A DNA stretch of 64,000 nt. Source: Candidatus Hydrogenedentota bacterium. GTDB lineage: Bacteria > Hydrogenedentota > Hydrogenedentia > Hydrogenedentales > SLHB01. The notes beneath the pieces are model-generated. The model was not told the DNA's origin, searched no databases, and worked only from the letters and a program-made list of their open reading frames with translations. This document shows, piece by piece, positions 30,589 through 41,330 of the stretch. Positions within the stretch are counted from its first letter, which is position 1. Each line of letters begins with the position of its first letter. Location: assembly GCA_963668025.2 (NCBI GenBank), contig CAXXTH010000010.1, forward strand, positions 864,001 through 928,000. The letters run 5' to 3'. The position numbers and the translations under genes are program-made.

Positions 30589-32184
30589 ATGCGGAAAACA
30601 CCCAAACCACGGCTGTTACGCGCATTATTATGCGTATTCAGCATCACTGCGCTGGCGGGGGCGGCATATGCCGAACTCCAAAACGTCGAGGTAGGCGGCG
30701 AACTGCGGATTCGTGGCCGCTACTATATGAATACGTATAACGGCGGGAATACCGTGGGGCCGAGGCTTGAAGTGCGTATCCCGAATCAATGGCTCACCGG
30801 ACGGCCTATCGGGGCTAATGGCACGGATTCGCTGTATCAATGGAATTCGAACCGCCCAGACTGGCATTTTTATGAAAGCGCCGTGCTGCTGAATGTGAAG
30901 GCGGATTTCACGGATGACGTGAATGCCTACATCGAGTTCTATGACTTTTATCAATGGGGCGAAGATTTTCGTTCGAACTATATCACCGGAGCGGATTCTC
31001 GTGGCAACTCGCGGGTTGGACAGAATGTCGAAGTCAACCAAGCGTATATCGAGACCGAGAACACGTTCGGCATGCCGCTGCGCGTGCGCATTGGCCGCCA
31101 AGCGTTGAAATTCGGCAAAGGCTGGCTCGTGAATGAAATGTTGACGCCCACGCAGCGCCTCTCCTTTGACGCCATCCGCGCCACCTACGACGTGGATGAT
31201 TTCACTGTGGATGCTTTCGCCGCGAAGCTGGCGGAAAGCGGCTTGGCGGAAGAAGACGGTGATGTGGATTTCTACGGGGTGTACGCCACGTATAAAGGCT
31301 TGGATTTCCTCGAGCTTTCTGGTTATTACTTCTTGCTTCGCGACGCCCGCAGCCGGAATGACACCAATTTCACCTGGTTCCCCGAGGCTGTCGAGAATTT
31401 CCTTGGCGTGGATGACTATGATGTGACGAATCTCAATACAGTGGGTTTGCGCGCGAATGGCAAGGCGAGCGGTTTTGACTACGGCCTTGAGCTGGCGTAT
31501 CAATTTGGCGATGCGGACGCCCATGGCTCCAGCTTTGCTACAGTTGGCGGCACATATGGCGACAATGACGCCAGCTACAGCACCTGGGCGGGCGAATTGT
31601 CGGCTGGCTACACATTTGAAGATGTCAAATGGACGCCGCGCCTGTACTTCCTGGGTTCGTATTTCGGGGGTGAAGACAACCGTGATGTGAGCTGGGCGGA
31701 ATGGCTCAATCCATTTGATCGCCCCGAGGCGAGCGTATCCTTTAATCGCCTCTTCTCGGACACGAATTATTTGCCAGTGATTAACGACAACGGATGGCTG
31801 TCGAACTTCATGTCCTTAGCGTTAGGTGCGCAATTTAAGCCCACGGAACAAGTGATCGTGAATCTGCAAGTGGCAAAGGCTTGGGTTGTTGAACCGTTCG
31901 ATTATCCGGCGATGTTCCGCTTGGGCCGTTTCTATGTGCCTATTTTCCCGGCTCTTGCGCCGTGGACGGAAGAAGGCGATGATGACCTTGGCTATGAAGT
32001 GGCCGCATGGGTCAAATACAACTACACCGAAGACCTCTCGTTCATGCTGTATTATGCCCATCTTTTCCCGGGCGACGGCCTGACGCGGGGCTCATTCATC
32101 CAATATAACGGCACCCAGTCCTCCGGCGGCACCGGTGATGAAGATGCTGACTATATATTCTGGATGACCACGTTAAAATTCTAG
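30589..32184 (+). CDS. Alginate-export family outer-membrane beta-barrel
   Basis: Signal peptide; VEVGGELRIRG, VNQAYI, RIGRQALKFG, FDAIR; terminal Phe. Confidence 0.75.
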   Translation: MRKTPKPRLLRALLCVFSITALAGAAYAELQNVEVGGELRIRGRYYMNTYNGGNTVGPRLEVRIPNQWLTGRPIGANGTDSLYQWNSNRPDWHFYESAVLLNVKADFTDDVNAYIEFYDFYQWGEDFRSNYITGADSRGNSRVGQNVEVNQAYIETENTFGMPLRVRIGRQALKFGKGWLVNEMLTPTQRLSFDAIRATYDVDDFTVDAFAAKLAESGLAEEDGDVDFYGVYATYKGLDFLELSGYYFLLRDARSRNDTNFTWFPEAVENFLGVDDYDVTNLNTVGLRANGKASGFDYGLELAYQFGDADAHGSSFATVGGTYGDNDASYSTWAGELSAGYTFEDVKWTPRLYFLGSYFGGEDNRDVSWAEWLNPFDRPEASVSFNRLFSDTNYLPVINDNGWLSNFMSLALGAQFKPTEQVIVNLQVAKAWVVEPFDYPAMFRLGRFYVPIFPALAPWTEEGDDDLGYEVAAWVKYNYTEDLSFMLYYAHLFPGDGLTRGSFIQYNGTQSSGGTGDEDADYIFWMTTLKF

Positions 32185-32207
32185 CGGTAACAATACGTTA
32201 GATTTCT

Positions 32208-32245
32208 AAGGGGAGGCCTCCGAGTGGATGGCCTCCCCTTCGTTT
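32208..32245 (+). terminator. Rho-independent terminator
   Basis: AAGGGGAGGCC-loop-GGCCTCCCCTTCGTTT. Confidence 0.7.
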
Positions 32246-32614
32246 ATACCTGCATGCGTGATGAACTAGGCTATTTGCGTACCTGTGGCGGAATTATAGA
32301 ATTTAAATCGTCTGCGTTAAGGCCCCAAGCCGGGCTAAGCTAAGTTGAACCAGATCCGATTGTTCGCTAATATAAGGAATCGCGTTTATATGCGTGTTGT
32401 ATCTATTAGCCCGCGTTTTTTTAGCCTGAAAAGTGCTTGTTAACGTGGTAACCGCCGATAAATGAGATATGCCGGGGTGTGTCTCATGGTTTCTAGGAGA
32501 TTTATACGGGATTGTATTCGTGGCGGCAGCGCAAGGAGAATACGGACATCTGCATGTGCATGCGCCGCGAAATACCTGCACTCAATTGTGAACCGCTGAA
32601 AGGTGGCCTAAGTC

Positions 32615-33442
32615 ATGGATGAACGCGAAAACGGCCTCAGCGTGTATTTGGCCGAGATCTCGAAAATTCCTCTGCTATCGGCCAGTGAAGAAATCCGTTT
32701 AGCCCGCCAAGCACAAGCGGGCGAAGGCGCGTCCCGCCGCAAATTGATCGTGTCGAATCTGCGCTTGGTGGTAAGCATCGCGAAAAAATATCTCTATTAT
32801 GGCCTTCCATTGCAAGACCTTATCGAAGAAGGCAATCTCGGGCTCATGCGCGCCGTAGATCGCTACGATCCGGAACGTGGCTGCAAATTTTCGACATACG
32901 CCACGTGGTGGATACGCCAGGCCATCACGCGTGCGCTATCTAATTATGGACGGACTGTCCGCATCCCGGTTTATGTGACGGATAACGTGGCCCGCTATAA
33001 AAAGGCCGCTGAAGAACTATATATCAAAACAGGAAAATACCCCGACACCGCTGAGATCGCCACGGTGCTGGGTATTAAAGAATCCGAAGCAAAGAAAATC
33101 CAGAGCTTTGTGTATGATGTTTTCCCCCTGGACAACATGGAATCCGCGAACGATGATGACGGGCGGGGGATACCCGAAAGCGCGGAGCCGCGCCAAATCG
33201 ATGAGGCTATCGTCCAGTTAGAACGCGACCAGGAGCTCGATCAGATTCTGATGCAGCTCACCGAACGCGAGGCGAATATTCTACGGTACCGATACGGCCT
33301 GGCGGATTCGCGCGCCCATACCCTCGAGGAAACAGGAAAGCAGTTCAATCTCACCCGCGAGCGCATTCGGCAAATTGAAAATGATGCGATGAAGCGCTTG
33401 CGGCGTTTCGTGCTCGAGAATAATAAAGATTTTGGGGGATAA
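32615..33442 (+). CDS. Sigma70-family factor (RpoD/RpoS-like, lacking region 1.1)
   Basis: NLRLVVSIAKKY, DLIEEGNLGL, KFSTYATWWIRQAI, TLEETG..LTRERIRQIE. Confidence 0.9.
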   Translation: MDERENGLSVYLAEISKIPLLSASEEIRLARQAQAGEGASRRKLIVSNLRLVVSIAKKYLYYGLPLQDLIEEGNLGLMRAVDRYDPERGCKFSTYATWWIRQAITRALSNYGRTVRIPVYVTDNVARYKKAAEELYIKTGKYPDTAEIATVLGIKESEAKKIQSFVYDVFPLDNMESANDDDGRGIPESAEPRQIDEAIVQLERDQELDQILMQLTEREANILRYRYGLADSRAHTLEETGKQFNLTRERIRQIENDAMKRLRRFVLENNKDFGG

Positions 33443-33499
33443 ATCCGCGCGCCGGTGTGCCGGGATTTACATTTTAGCAAAAACAGGAGATTATCGTAC

Positions 33500-34021
33500 A
33501 TGGATTTGGCTTCACTCGTCCGTGAAATTCCCGGTTTTCCCAAGCCAGGCATCCGGTTTATGGATGTTACCACCCTCCTCAAGAATGGCCCCGCATTCCG
33601 CTACATCATAGACGGATGGAAAGAACGGTATGCGGATAAGCGACTAGACGCCATAGTAGGCGCCGAAGCCCGGGGATTCATCTTTGGCGGCGCGCTGGCC
33701 TATGCCATGGAATTGCCCTTTATCGTTGCACGCAAGCCCGGAAAGCTGCCCGCTGAAACCATCGCGGAGGAATTCGCCCTCGAATATGGCGTGGACAAGC
33801 TCGAAATGCACGTTGACGCGCTTCAGAAAGGCGCTCGTGTCGTGCTCGTGGATGATCTGCTCGCCACCGGCGGTACGATGGCCGCGATTGCCCGCCTCAC
33901 CGAACGGCTGGGGGCCGAAATCGTCGAGATGGCCTTTGTTATTGAGCTGCCTCCGCTCAAAGGCCGCGAGAAGCTAGCGCAATATCCTGTACATACGCTC
34001 ATCGAGTTTATGGTTGAATGA
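33500..34021 (+). CDS. apt: Adenine phosphoribosyltransferase
   Basis: FPKPGIRF, EARGFIFG, RKPGKLP, VDDLLATGGT. Confidence 0.95.
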   Translation: MDLASLVREIPGFPKPGIRFMDVTTLLKNGPAFRYIIDGWKERYADKRLDAIVGAEARGFIFGGALAYAMELPFIVARKPGKLPAETIAEEFALEYGVDKLEMHVDALQKGARVVLVDDLLATGGTMAAIARLTERLGAEIVEMAFVIELPPLKGREKLAQYPVHTLIEFMVE

Positions 34022-34135
34022 TATATAATACTGTTTTTCTATCTTGGCTTCTGTTGGAAAATTCAACTATTTTCTGATAGTATCCATACCTTCTTGCTAT
34101 GCGCTGTAAAACAAAAAGCATGCGCATGTTCTTGC

Positions 34136-34225
34136 GGAGAGGTGGCCGAGTGGTTGAAGGCGGCGGCCTCGAAAGCCGTTGTACCGCTTGCGGTACCCCG
34201 GGTTCGAATCCCGGCCTCTCCGCCA
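34136..34225 (+). tRNA. tRNA-Ser(CGA)
   Basis: GGAGAGG acceptor stem, anticodon loop CTCGAAA, long variable arm, GTTCGAATC, ends GCCA. Confidence 0.95.
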
Positions 34226-34380
34226 GCGTTTTTCTTTCCTAAACCTCCCCCAGCGCTTCTACCGCCAGAAACAGAGAGTAATGGCGTATATCGAATTATA
34301 GAGACCGCCGGGTTAAGAATGAGATAGGAATGAAGGCGAACGGGCATGGGCGAATGCGGCGATGATGCGCCGCGCTTAAA

Positions 34381-34788
34381 TCATTCCACCGGTTCGACAG
34401 TGATAGGCGCGCCCTCTTGCACGCTGGCCAGTACGTGAGGATCCCCTTCGAGCCGGCCCAAAACGTTCACAGCCGTCACAAGGCGGCATTCTTTGCCCGT
34501 CGAGATGGGCGTGGGGCCGTAGGGAAGGGCGAGTGACGAGCCTTGCACCCAGAAGCAGATGGTTCCCTGCGGCACTACTTGCTGGGGGCGGGCATCGAGC
34601 GTGGTTTGCACGGGAAGGCTAAAATAGACCTCTTGGCCCCAGGTATGGGCTTCAGCGGTATGCGGCGGCATTTCATATACTGCCCGGCTGCTGGGAGTGT
34701 CGTCCAACTGCCCATATATCTCGCCACCAGCCCACGAAATGCGTATACGCACACCATTCCCCTTTTGCGCACCCGTCCTGTGCGCCAT
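34381..34788 (-). CDS. Cyclophilin-like fold protein
   Basis: WGQEVYF, GTICFWVQG, YGPTPIS, VNVLG; start uncertain. Confidence 0.75.
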   Translation of the reverse strand: MAHRTGAQKGNGVRIRISWAGGEIYGQLDDTPSSRAVYEMPPHTAEAHTWGQEVYFSLPVQTTLDARPQQVVPQGTICFWVQGSSLALPYGPTPISTGKECRLVTAVNVLGRLEGDPHVLASVQEGAPITVEPVE

Positions 34789-34840
34789 ATCTTCGACCCT
34801 TTTGCCCCTATTCTTCTGGGCAAGAAGCATTCAACCCACT

Positions 34841-35149
34841 TCAGTCCGTTTGGGCGAAATCCATCCAGCAGCCATGAAGCCATCGGGTAGGGGCGATGCC
34901 GGCGTTACGCACGATATGTACGGTTTCAGCAGGAATGACTAGTTCTTCGCCGATTTCCGGATGGATGATCTCGCCATTCATCTCGACCTCGATCTCTCCT
35001 TCGAGGACGAGAAACAGTTCATCCGTTTCATGTATGCAATCAGACCATTCGTGGCCGGGTACATCCTCCCACAATTCACAACTAAACCCACGGCGATTCC
35101 AAGCGCTGGCGATTGATTGTGGGTTAATGCTTGTCGAAACCGTATTCAT
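34841..35149 (-). CDS. Cupin domain protein
   Basis: HETDELFLVLEG...IPAETVHIVRN; start uncertain. Confidence 0.8.
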   Translation of the reverse strand: MNTVSTSINPQSIASAWNRRGFSCELWEDVPGHEWSDCIHETDELFLVLEGEIEVEMNGEIIHPEIGEELVIPAETVHIVRNAGIAPTRWLHGCWMDFAQTD

Positions 35150-35657
35150 TAAACTCAATCCTACGTTTCGGCTCATCTCTAAAAGCATGGCCTTTTCAAC
35201 GGAGTATACGGAATTCACGCCCGGGAATCCCGTTCCAATATACGAATTGTACACGAAAGAAGGGATTTTCGCAAGAAAATGGTATAAAGAGAATTTAGAA
35301 TTTTAATTATTTATAAAGCCCCTATTCCGCGCCTGTGTTGATATCAATTGTCTTGAACGTCCATTTTGCGCAATATTTATATACTCGAATGATCGAGGCC
35401 GCCATCCCGCTTCAAGCAAATCTTCCTCCATCCATACTACCATAGGTTCCATCATTTGTTTCAAATTCATCATTGCACCACTATAATTTGTATATGGCTT
35501 CAAAAATCACCTTATTTCTTTCTGTCATATATCGTGAATTATCGTATAAAATAGCTGGCCCTTTGTTTCGCGTTGAAATCCTGGCACAAGCTGGACTACT
35601 CTTAGGGCCAGTAGGCTTGCAGCCAATGACCTCATGAAGCGTTGAAACAGAAAGCCG

Positions 35658-36281
35658 TTGGAATCGAGGAGAACGCCGTTGCAGAAACTAGTGCTGATCT
35701 GCGAGTGCGGCGAACGAATGCAGGTGCCCCGCTCGGCAATTGGCCGCTATGGCCTTTGTCCTTCTTGCGGGCGAAAAATTCAAGTGCGCACGGACAATAC
35801 CCGCCCCGTATCACGCATGGGTTCTTTCCGTTCGGAAGCCCGCCCGCGCGCCAGCGGAAATGGCCCCTCAGAAGAAGATAAGCTCCGGTTTGGCAAAGCG
35901 GTGGATCTGTATGTGCTCAAGCGCTATGGCGAGGCTCTAGCTGTTTTTAATGCGTTGCAGGAAAGCTATCCCGGCAACACGGAAGTGGAAAATGCCCGCG
36001 CCTTGTGTGCAAAGGCGCTTATGCGGCAGCCTACGCTCGCCCTGGAAGACAAGCGGAAACCCGCCGAGGGCGAAAAACTCGATGCGCGGTTCGTGCGCAA
36101 TTTTATCATGGACATGATGCTCAATGGCTCATCCGAGAAGGTGCAGCTTCAGGCCGCCGAATTGGCTTGCCGTATACTCGGTTTGCTAGGGCAGCATCGC
36201 GGCGACAAGAATTGGGATACGGAGAATTACGAGATGCTCAGCGATCCCGAGATTCCCGCGGAATGCACGCAACCGGGCTGA
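35658..36281 (+). CDS. Hypothetical protein (Zn-ribbon plus TPR-like segment)
   Basis: CECG...CPSCG, followed by YGEALAVFNALQESYPGN. Confidence 0.55.
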   Translation: MESRRTPLQKLVLICECGERMQVPRSAIGRYGLCPSCGRKIQVRTDNTRPVSRMGSFRSEARPRASGNGPSEEDKLRFGKAVDLYVLKRYGEALAVFNALQESYPGNTEVENARALCAKALMRQPTLALEDKRKPAEGEKLDARFVRNFIMDMMLNGSSEKVQLQAAELACRILGLLGQHRGDKNWDTENYEMLSDPEIPAECTQPG

Positions 36282-36331
36282 CTTTTGGGGCCGCATATAA
36301 CATAAGATGCGCAACGCATAAAGAATCCGGT

Positions 36332-37495
36332 ATGAAGCCCATACGCATCGCCATAGACGTGAGTCCCGTCATGGACCGGCCCCTTACGGGGGTGGGCTAC
36401 CGCGTGTTGTATAAAATCAGCGCGCTTCTATCCCGGAATGATGGTTTTGACATCCGCCTGTTTGCGGCCCGTTCGAGGCGTGTCCAGGCATCGGAGTTCC
36501 CTTTCGACAACGGATTCACCCGGAAATGCATTGTGCCAGGATTCCGGCGTCTGAAGAATCTCCTATGGCCTGCGGCCGAGTGGCCGCCCATCGAATGGTT
36601 TTGCGGCGAGGTGGACCTTGCACATGGGCTGTTTCATGATTTGCCGCCTGCGCGGAACGCGCTCCGGCTCGCCACCATCCACGATTTGTCGTTTTTCATT
36701 CACCCGGAGACGCATACCGCTGAGACGATTCAGCGCCAAACCCGCCTGATCCGCCATTGCGCCCGGCGGGCGGACGCGATTATCGCCGTATCGCAGAGCT
36801 GTAAGAACGAGCTTGCGGCTAGGCTGGCGTTGCCGTCCGAGCGCATTTTCGTTGTGCCGGGCGGCGTGCGTTTGGAGGAATTTGGCGGAGCGCTGGACCA
36901 AGCGGCTTTGGACGGCCTCAAGAAACGCCTGGGCGTTGAGCGGGAATACTTCATCCATTTGGGTACGGTCGAGCCGCGCAAGAATCTGCCGCGGCTGCTT
37001 GAAGCCTACGCCCGCCTGCGCGCCCGGCGGCGTGATGCTCCCCAGCTTCTTCTGGTGGGGCATCCAGGTTGGAAATCCGAGGAGACCTTTCAAGCGATTG
37101 AACGGTTGCGTTTGGGTGGCGCGGCCATTCATGCGGGCTATCTTGGGCGCGCCGAGGCGGTGCTGCTGCTGCGTGGGGCGCGTGCATGCGTGTATCCGTC
37201 CATATATGAAGGATTTGGCTTGCCCGTACTCGAGGCCATGGCCGGGCGGACGCCGGTGCTTGCCTCGATGGACCCCGCCATCATGGAGGTGTCAGGCGGA
37301 ACGTGTCTTCATGTAGACGCTTTGAGCGTGGAGGACATCGAAACCGGCATGGATTCATTGCTGGAAGAACCGGGTGCGGCGGCTGCGCGCGCGGAATGTG
37401 CATGGCTGCGCGCACAAGGGCTTTCCTGGGAGCATAGCGCGGAAGCCCTTGCCCAAGCGTACCGGTCCATCATGAGAAAAACCAGCGGCGTGTAA
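36332..37495 (+). CDS. GT4 glycosyltransferase
   Basis: TIHDL, GTVEPRKN, YEGFGLPVLEAMA. Confidence 0.9.
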   Translation: MKPIRIAIDVSPVMDRPLTGVGYRVLYKISALLSRNDGFDIRLFAARSRRVQASEFPFDNGFTRKCIVPGFRRLKNLLWPAAEWPPIEWFCGEVDLAHGLFHDLPPARNALRLATIHDLSFFIHPETHTAETIQRQTRLIRHCARRADAIIAVSQSCKNELAARLALPSERIFVVPGGVRLEEFGGALDQAALDGLKKRLGVEREYFIHLGTVEPRKNLPRLLEAYARLRARRRDAPQLLLVGHPGWKSEETFQAIERLRLGGAAIHAGYLGRAEAVLLLRGARACVYPSIYEGFGLPVLEAMAGRTPVLASMDPAIMEVSGGTCLHVDALSVEDIETGMDSLLEEPGAAAARAECAWLRAQGLSWEHSAEALAQAYRSIMRKTSGV

Positions 37496-39008
37496 TCCAG
37501 AGAAAAACGAGCAGCAGGCATCCGGCAGCCATGCCCGTGACGCCCAGAAAAAGGCGGCGATTGTATTGGTGGGGCGATTCTTCAGGAACCGTAGATAACG
37601 GAGCGTTTGCTTCATCTTCCCCCGCGCGTTTCACCGCTAGTGGCTCCGTGGGCGTGTTCAGTTGCGCTACCTCCACTCCGTCCGTGCCGTCCAACTCATC
37701 TTGCTCCGCTTGCGGCAGCTTCGAATCATCTGTTTGGGCATCTTCGGAGGAAGGTGTTTGTATGCCTTCACGCAATCGTTTGGCCTCCTCCAGCATTTTA
37801 GCCAGATCAGGAGTGTTTTTTACTGCCGTCTCGGCATTTTTCGCTGGTTCCTGTTCCTGTGCGGATGGTATGGATTTTTCTTGGGAAGGCTGGGCCATAT
37901 CCGTCCGGCGCAAGCTTCCCCCGCCAGCGCCACTTTGCCCTCCATCGTCTGATTGGTTTGTAATGGCAAGCATGGTGCGCCCTCCTTCGGAAGGCACTTC
38001 CTGCGCATCTGGCGAGGTGAAGGTGGTATCCACAAGCGCCAGTTCCGTGGAACCATTCGAAGCGTTTTCAGCGACGCGCACTTCCGCGATTGCTACAATG
38101 CCGGTATTCAGCGTGTTTTGATTTACGCCTGCCACCACCGCGATAACGCGCCCCGGTGTGGTGGCGTTCGCATCGATTTGCTTTCCAGATTGCGCCGCCA
38201 CCGCGCCTGCCTGGAAGCCCACCCAATCTAGATAGACGGTATCATAGGTGAGAGCAAAATCGAGGCTCGATACAGGCGTCTGTGTATCCAAGCTGAGCAG
38301 AATCGGTATTTGGATATTTCTTCCCTCAACCTGGGCGGCGCCAAAAGAGAGGTTGCCTGCCGCGGATGCTGGCCATGAGGCCAAGAACAGGAGCAGCACC
38401 ATGCCGCAATTCTTGGGAGGCGCAAGCACGGCATGAGGCAGCAAATCGGCAAACACATGTTTATGTCCCAATGCGTAATAGCGCAAAATCTGTATGTATA
38501 GGTATATCCAGCACAATATCTTGACCGACGCTATGAAGAGGAGCACATAGTTACTCGAAGAAAGTGGGAAGCTAAGGAGCGCCCAAACCGGCACATACAG
38601 AAAAGCCACCCAAGCTAAAATGCATACATATAACATCCTAGCCAGACTGCCAAATATGGATAAACCACTATCCCGGCATCGCTGGTAGGCGTAGGCCCCA
38701 AAATAGATCGTGCAAGCCAGCGTCAGGGCATGCGGATCGCTAAGAATGGTCTTTCGGGGATCAACCAGCCCTATGAGGCGCAATTGGTCTAGCACCAGTG
38801 AAGGGAAGAGCCCCGCCACAAAAAAAGCCGCCCACAAAAAGAGGAGCGGAAATGTCCAAAGGTCTACCGATTTGGGGGAATCGTTCACGCAGGGCCTCCT
38901 GGTGGCATTGAATAGGCGCTCTTTTTCTCCAGTTGCCGCTGGGGCGTATTTGGACGCCATGTGAACATGGCTGGCGCGTTGGGAGTATTTCAACAGACCT
39001 CCCGCCAT
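37470..39008 (-). CDS. Membrane protein with cohesin-like domain and C-terminal anchor (possible fusion)
   Basis: Several TM segments, then IPILL..VSSLDFALTYD (cohesin-like), acidic linker, TM + RR tail. Confidence 0.5.
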   Translation of the reverse strand: MAGGLLKYSQRASHVHMASKYAPAATGEKERLFNATRRPCVNDSPKSVDLWTFPLLFLWAAFFVAGLFPSLVLDQLRLIGLVDPRKTILSDPHALTLACTIYFGAYAYQRCRDSGLSIFGSLARMLYVCILAWVAFLYVPVWALLSFPLSSSNYVLLFIASVKILCWIYLYIQILRYYALGHKHVFADLLPHAVLAPPKNCGMVLLLFLASWPASAAGNLSFGAAQVEGRNIQIPILLSLDTQTPVSSLDFALTYDTVYLDWVGFQAGAVAAQSGKQIDANATTPGRVIAVVAGVNQNTLNTGIVAIAEVRVAENASNGSTELALVDTTFTSPDAQEVPSEGGRTMLAITNQSDDGGQSGAGGGSLRRTDMAQPSQEKSIPSAQEQEPAKNAETAVKNTPDLAKMLEEAKRLREGIQTPSSEDAQTDDSKLPQAEQDELDGTDGVEVAQLNTPTEPLAVKRAGEDEANAPLSTVPEESPHQYNRRLFLGVTGMAAGCLLLVFLWITRRWFFS

Positions 39009-39097
39009 CGTGTCAAATAGGAAGGCGGAAGATTTATTAATTCGCTGGCGATGATTGTTGTATCATACTTGAAATCTCTGCAATTCAATATAAGTGA

Positions 39098-39558
39098 TCA
39101 TTTTGAACGCAGAGGCGCGGAGAACGCGGAGGCCCGCAAAGTAGAAAAAGTATAACGCTTTAGCCAACGTAAGCAGCATCTGACGACCGACGGAGGCGTC
39201 GGTCCCACACTTTTTTTAAAAGTAAGTACGGTGAGGGACCGGCGCCCTCGCCGGTCAGTCTTTGCGGAAATAGAGAAAAGAGAATTCTATATTACTATTT
39301 GTCGAAATCTTGTTTCCTTGCATGGATTTTCTATGTAAATCAATATACATCAACTCGTTAGAGACCAGATTCTCACCACGAAGAGCACGAAGAACACGAA
39401 GTAAAACGATATCAATTCTGGATTTTCATCTGTGTCATCTGCGCCATCTGTGGAAAATCTTCGTGTTCTTCGTTTCTTCATAGTGCAAAATCCGGATCTT
39501 TGGTTGCGGTTATGCTGCGGTATGATACTCTGCGTTCTTCGCACCTGCGTTGAAATGA
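39098..39558. repeat. Nested cluster of palindromic REP/MITE-like elements
   Basis: Outer inverted pair AACGCAGAGGCGCGGAGAACGCGGAG / CTCTGCGTTCTTCGCACCTGCGTT encloses two further inverted pairs. Confidence 0.7.
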
Positions 39559-39743
39559 CTCAACTTCACCAAGCCGGTGTGGTGTGAGCCTGGGCATTCC
39601 AGGTTACGCGACGATGATGCCTGCCAGTTTGGCGGAAAATGATTGGCCTTGCCCGGCGGTTAGGGAGGATTTGCCCCAGGCGCGTTTATCTGGTAGCGTG
39701 CCTTCCTGGCAACTTATTAGGTCTAGAATAAAAGGAGACGCTT

Positions 39744-40640
39744 GTGCCTTCTATTGCTTTTCAAGCTCCGTGGAATGTTTCACTGCATGGCGGCCATTCC
39801 ATGCAGTATTGCGAGCATGCGTCAAGCCTGCTGCGTGATATGCTCGATGCGGCGGTGGACAAGGGCATGGCCTTATTCGGCGTGACGGAGCATGCGTCGC
39901 GCATGGAGGCCCGGTATCTGTATCCGAGTGAAATCAAGATGGGCTGGGATATCGCCAAGGTCCAAGCCGATTTCGAGGCGTATGCCGCCGATAGCAGGGC
40001 CTTCGTGGAGGAATACGCGGGACGGCTCACCGTGCTGCGGGGATTCGAGATCGAGGTCGTGCCCGTGGATTCTTATGCGCCGTACATGCGACAGCTCCGC
40101 GAGCGGCATGGTTTCGATTACATGGTCGGCTCGGTGCATTATTTGGGTGAACACCTATTCGATATGGGTCCGGAGGAGTTGGCGCAGGCCGTAGCCCAAG
40201 CAGGCAGCCTCGAGGCCTTCGCCGTAGCGTATTACCACTCCGTGGCGGACATGCTTGACGCCCTGCGGCCCGAGGTGGTGGGCCATCTAGACGTGATCCG
40301 TAAATACTGCGCCCGTGATGCGGCCCTGGATACGCCGCCGATTCAAAAAGCGGTCGAGCGCGCCCTCGATGCGGCGCGGGCGGCGGGCTCGATTCTAGAC
40401 ATCAACACGGGGGCGTACCGGAGGGGCTTTGACGCGCCATTTCCCGCGCCCTGGATCGTGCGCATGGCCCACCGCATGGGCGTGCCGGTCTGTTTTGGCG
40501 ATGACAGCCATAGCGTGGCCGATGTGGGCTCGGGCATTCCAGAGGCGCGCGCGTATTTGCTGTCGCTGGGCGTCGAGCATGTCACGGTGTTAACCCGGGA
40601 AGAAGGTGATATCGTAAAGAAGCAGATTTCCCTGGCCTGA
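39744..40640 (+). CDS. Histidinol-phosphatase, PHP (HisK/HisJ) family
   Basis: SLHGGHS, TEH, GSVHY, GHLD, DINT, GDDSH. Confidence 0.8.
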   Translation: MPSIAFQAPWNVSLHGGHSMQYCEHASSLLRDMLDAAVDKGMALFGVTEHASRMEARYLYPSEIKMGWDIAKVQADFEAYAADSRAFVEEYAGRLTVLRGFEIEVVPVDSYAPYMRQLRERHGFDYMVGSVHYLGEHLFDMGPEELAQAVAQAGSLEAFAVAYYHSVADMLDALRPEVVGHLDVIRKYCARDAALDTPPIQKAVERALDAARAAGSILDINTGAYRRGFDAPFPAPWIVRMAHRMGVPVCFGDDSHSVADVGSGIPEARAYLLSLGVEHVTVLTREEGDIVKKQISLA

Positions 40641-40710
40641 CCAAGGTTTGGGAATATGCGCCGCCAACAGGTGTTTCTTCCTATACCGAGGATTGTGAAG
40701 GGAGTTCGCC

Positions 40711-41319
40711 ATGCAAACACGCCGGTTGAAATCTATATGGGTGATATGCGCCATGGCGCTGGCATACCCAGCTTTTGCGGATACATATGTGATTGATGCC
40801 GTTCATTCTACGGCTATGTTCAAAATCGAGCACATGGGTGTGAGTTTTACCTACGGACGTTTTAACGACCTATCTGGCGAACTGGTTTATAACGTGAAAT
40901 CGCCAAGTGAAGGCGCTTCAATTCATATGGATGTGAAGACGGCGAGTATTGATACGGCGAGCGCCTTGCGTGATGAGCATTTGCGCGGCCAGGAATTTTT
41001 CGATGTTGAACGGTATCCAAGCATGTCTTTCAGGAGCGCATCCTGGAAACAAACCGGTGAGAAATCATTTGAACTCACAGGCGATTTTACGTTGCTCGGA
41101 GTGACGAAAACGATCAGTATTCCGGTCACTTTTGTTGGCGCGGGTAAAGGCATGAAAGGCGAAGATCGCATTGGTTTCACCACCGTTTTTCACATCAAAC
41201 GCAGTGACTACGGGATGGACAAGCTAATTGGCCCTGTGGGAGATGATGTGGAGATCACCGTTGCGCTGGAAGCCGTGCGGCAAACGGAAGCATCCGAAAC
41301 GCCGAAACCGGCGGCATGA
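40711..41319 (+). CDS. YceI family protein
   Basis: Signal peptide; IDAVHS, SIDT..RDEHLRG..FFDV, KRSDYGM. Confidence 0.92.
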   Translation: MQTRRLKSIWVICAMALAYPAFADTYVIDAVHSTAMFKIEHMGVSFTYGRFNDLSGELVYNVKSPSEGASIHMDVKTASIDTASALRDEHLRGQEFFDVERYPSMSFRSASWKQTGEKSFELTGDFTLLGVTKTISIPVTFVGAGKGMKGEDRIGFTTVFHIKRSDYGMDKLIGPVGDDVEITVALEAVRQTEASETPKPAA

Positions 41320-41330
41320 CCAAGCCTGCA

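Noticed and set aside
34136-34380. tRNA-Ser as an island integration site
   Set aside because: No integrase, and no duplicate of the tRNA 3' end seen in the window
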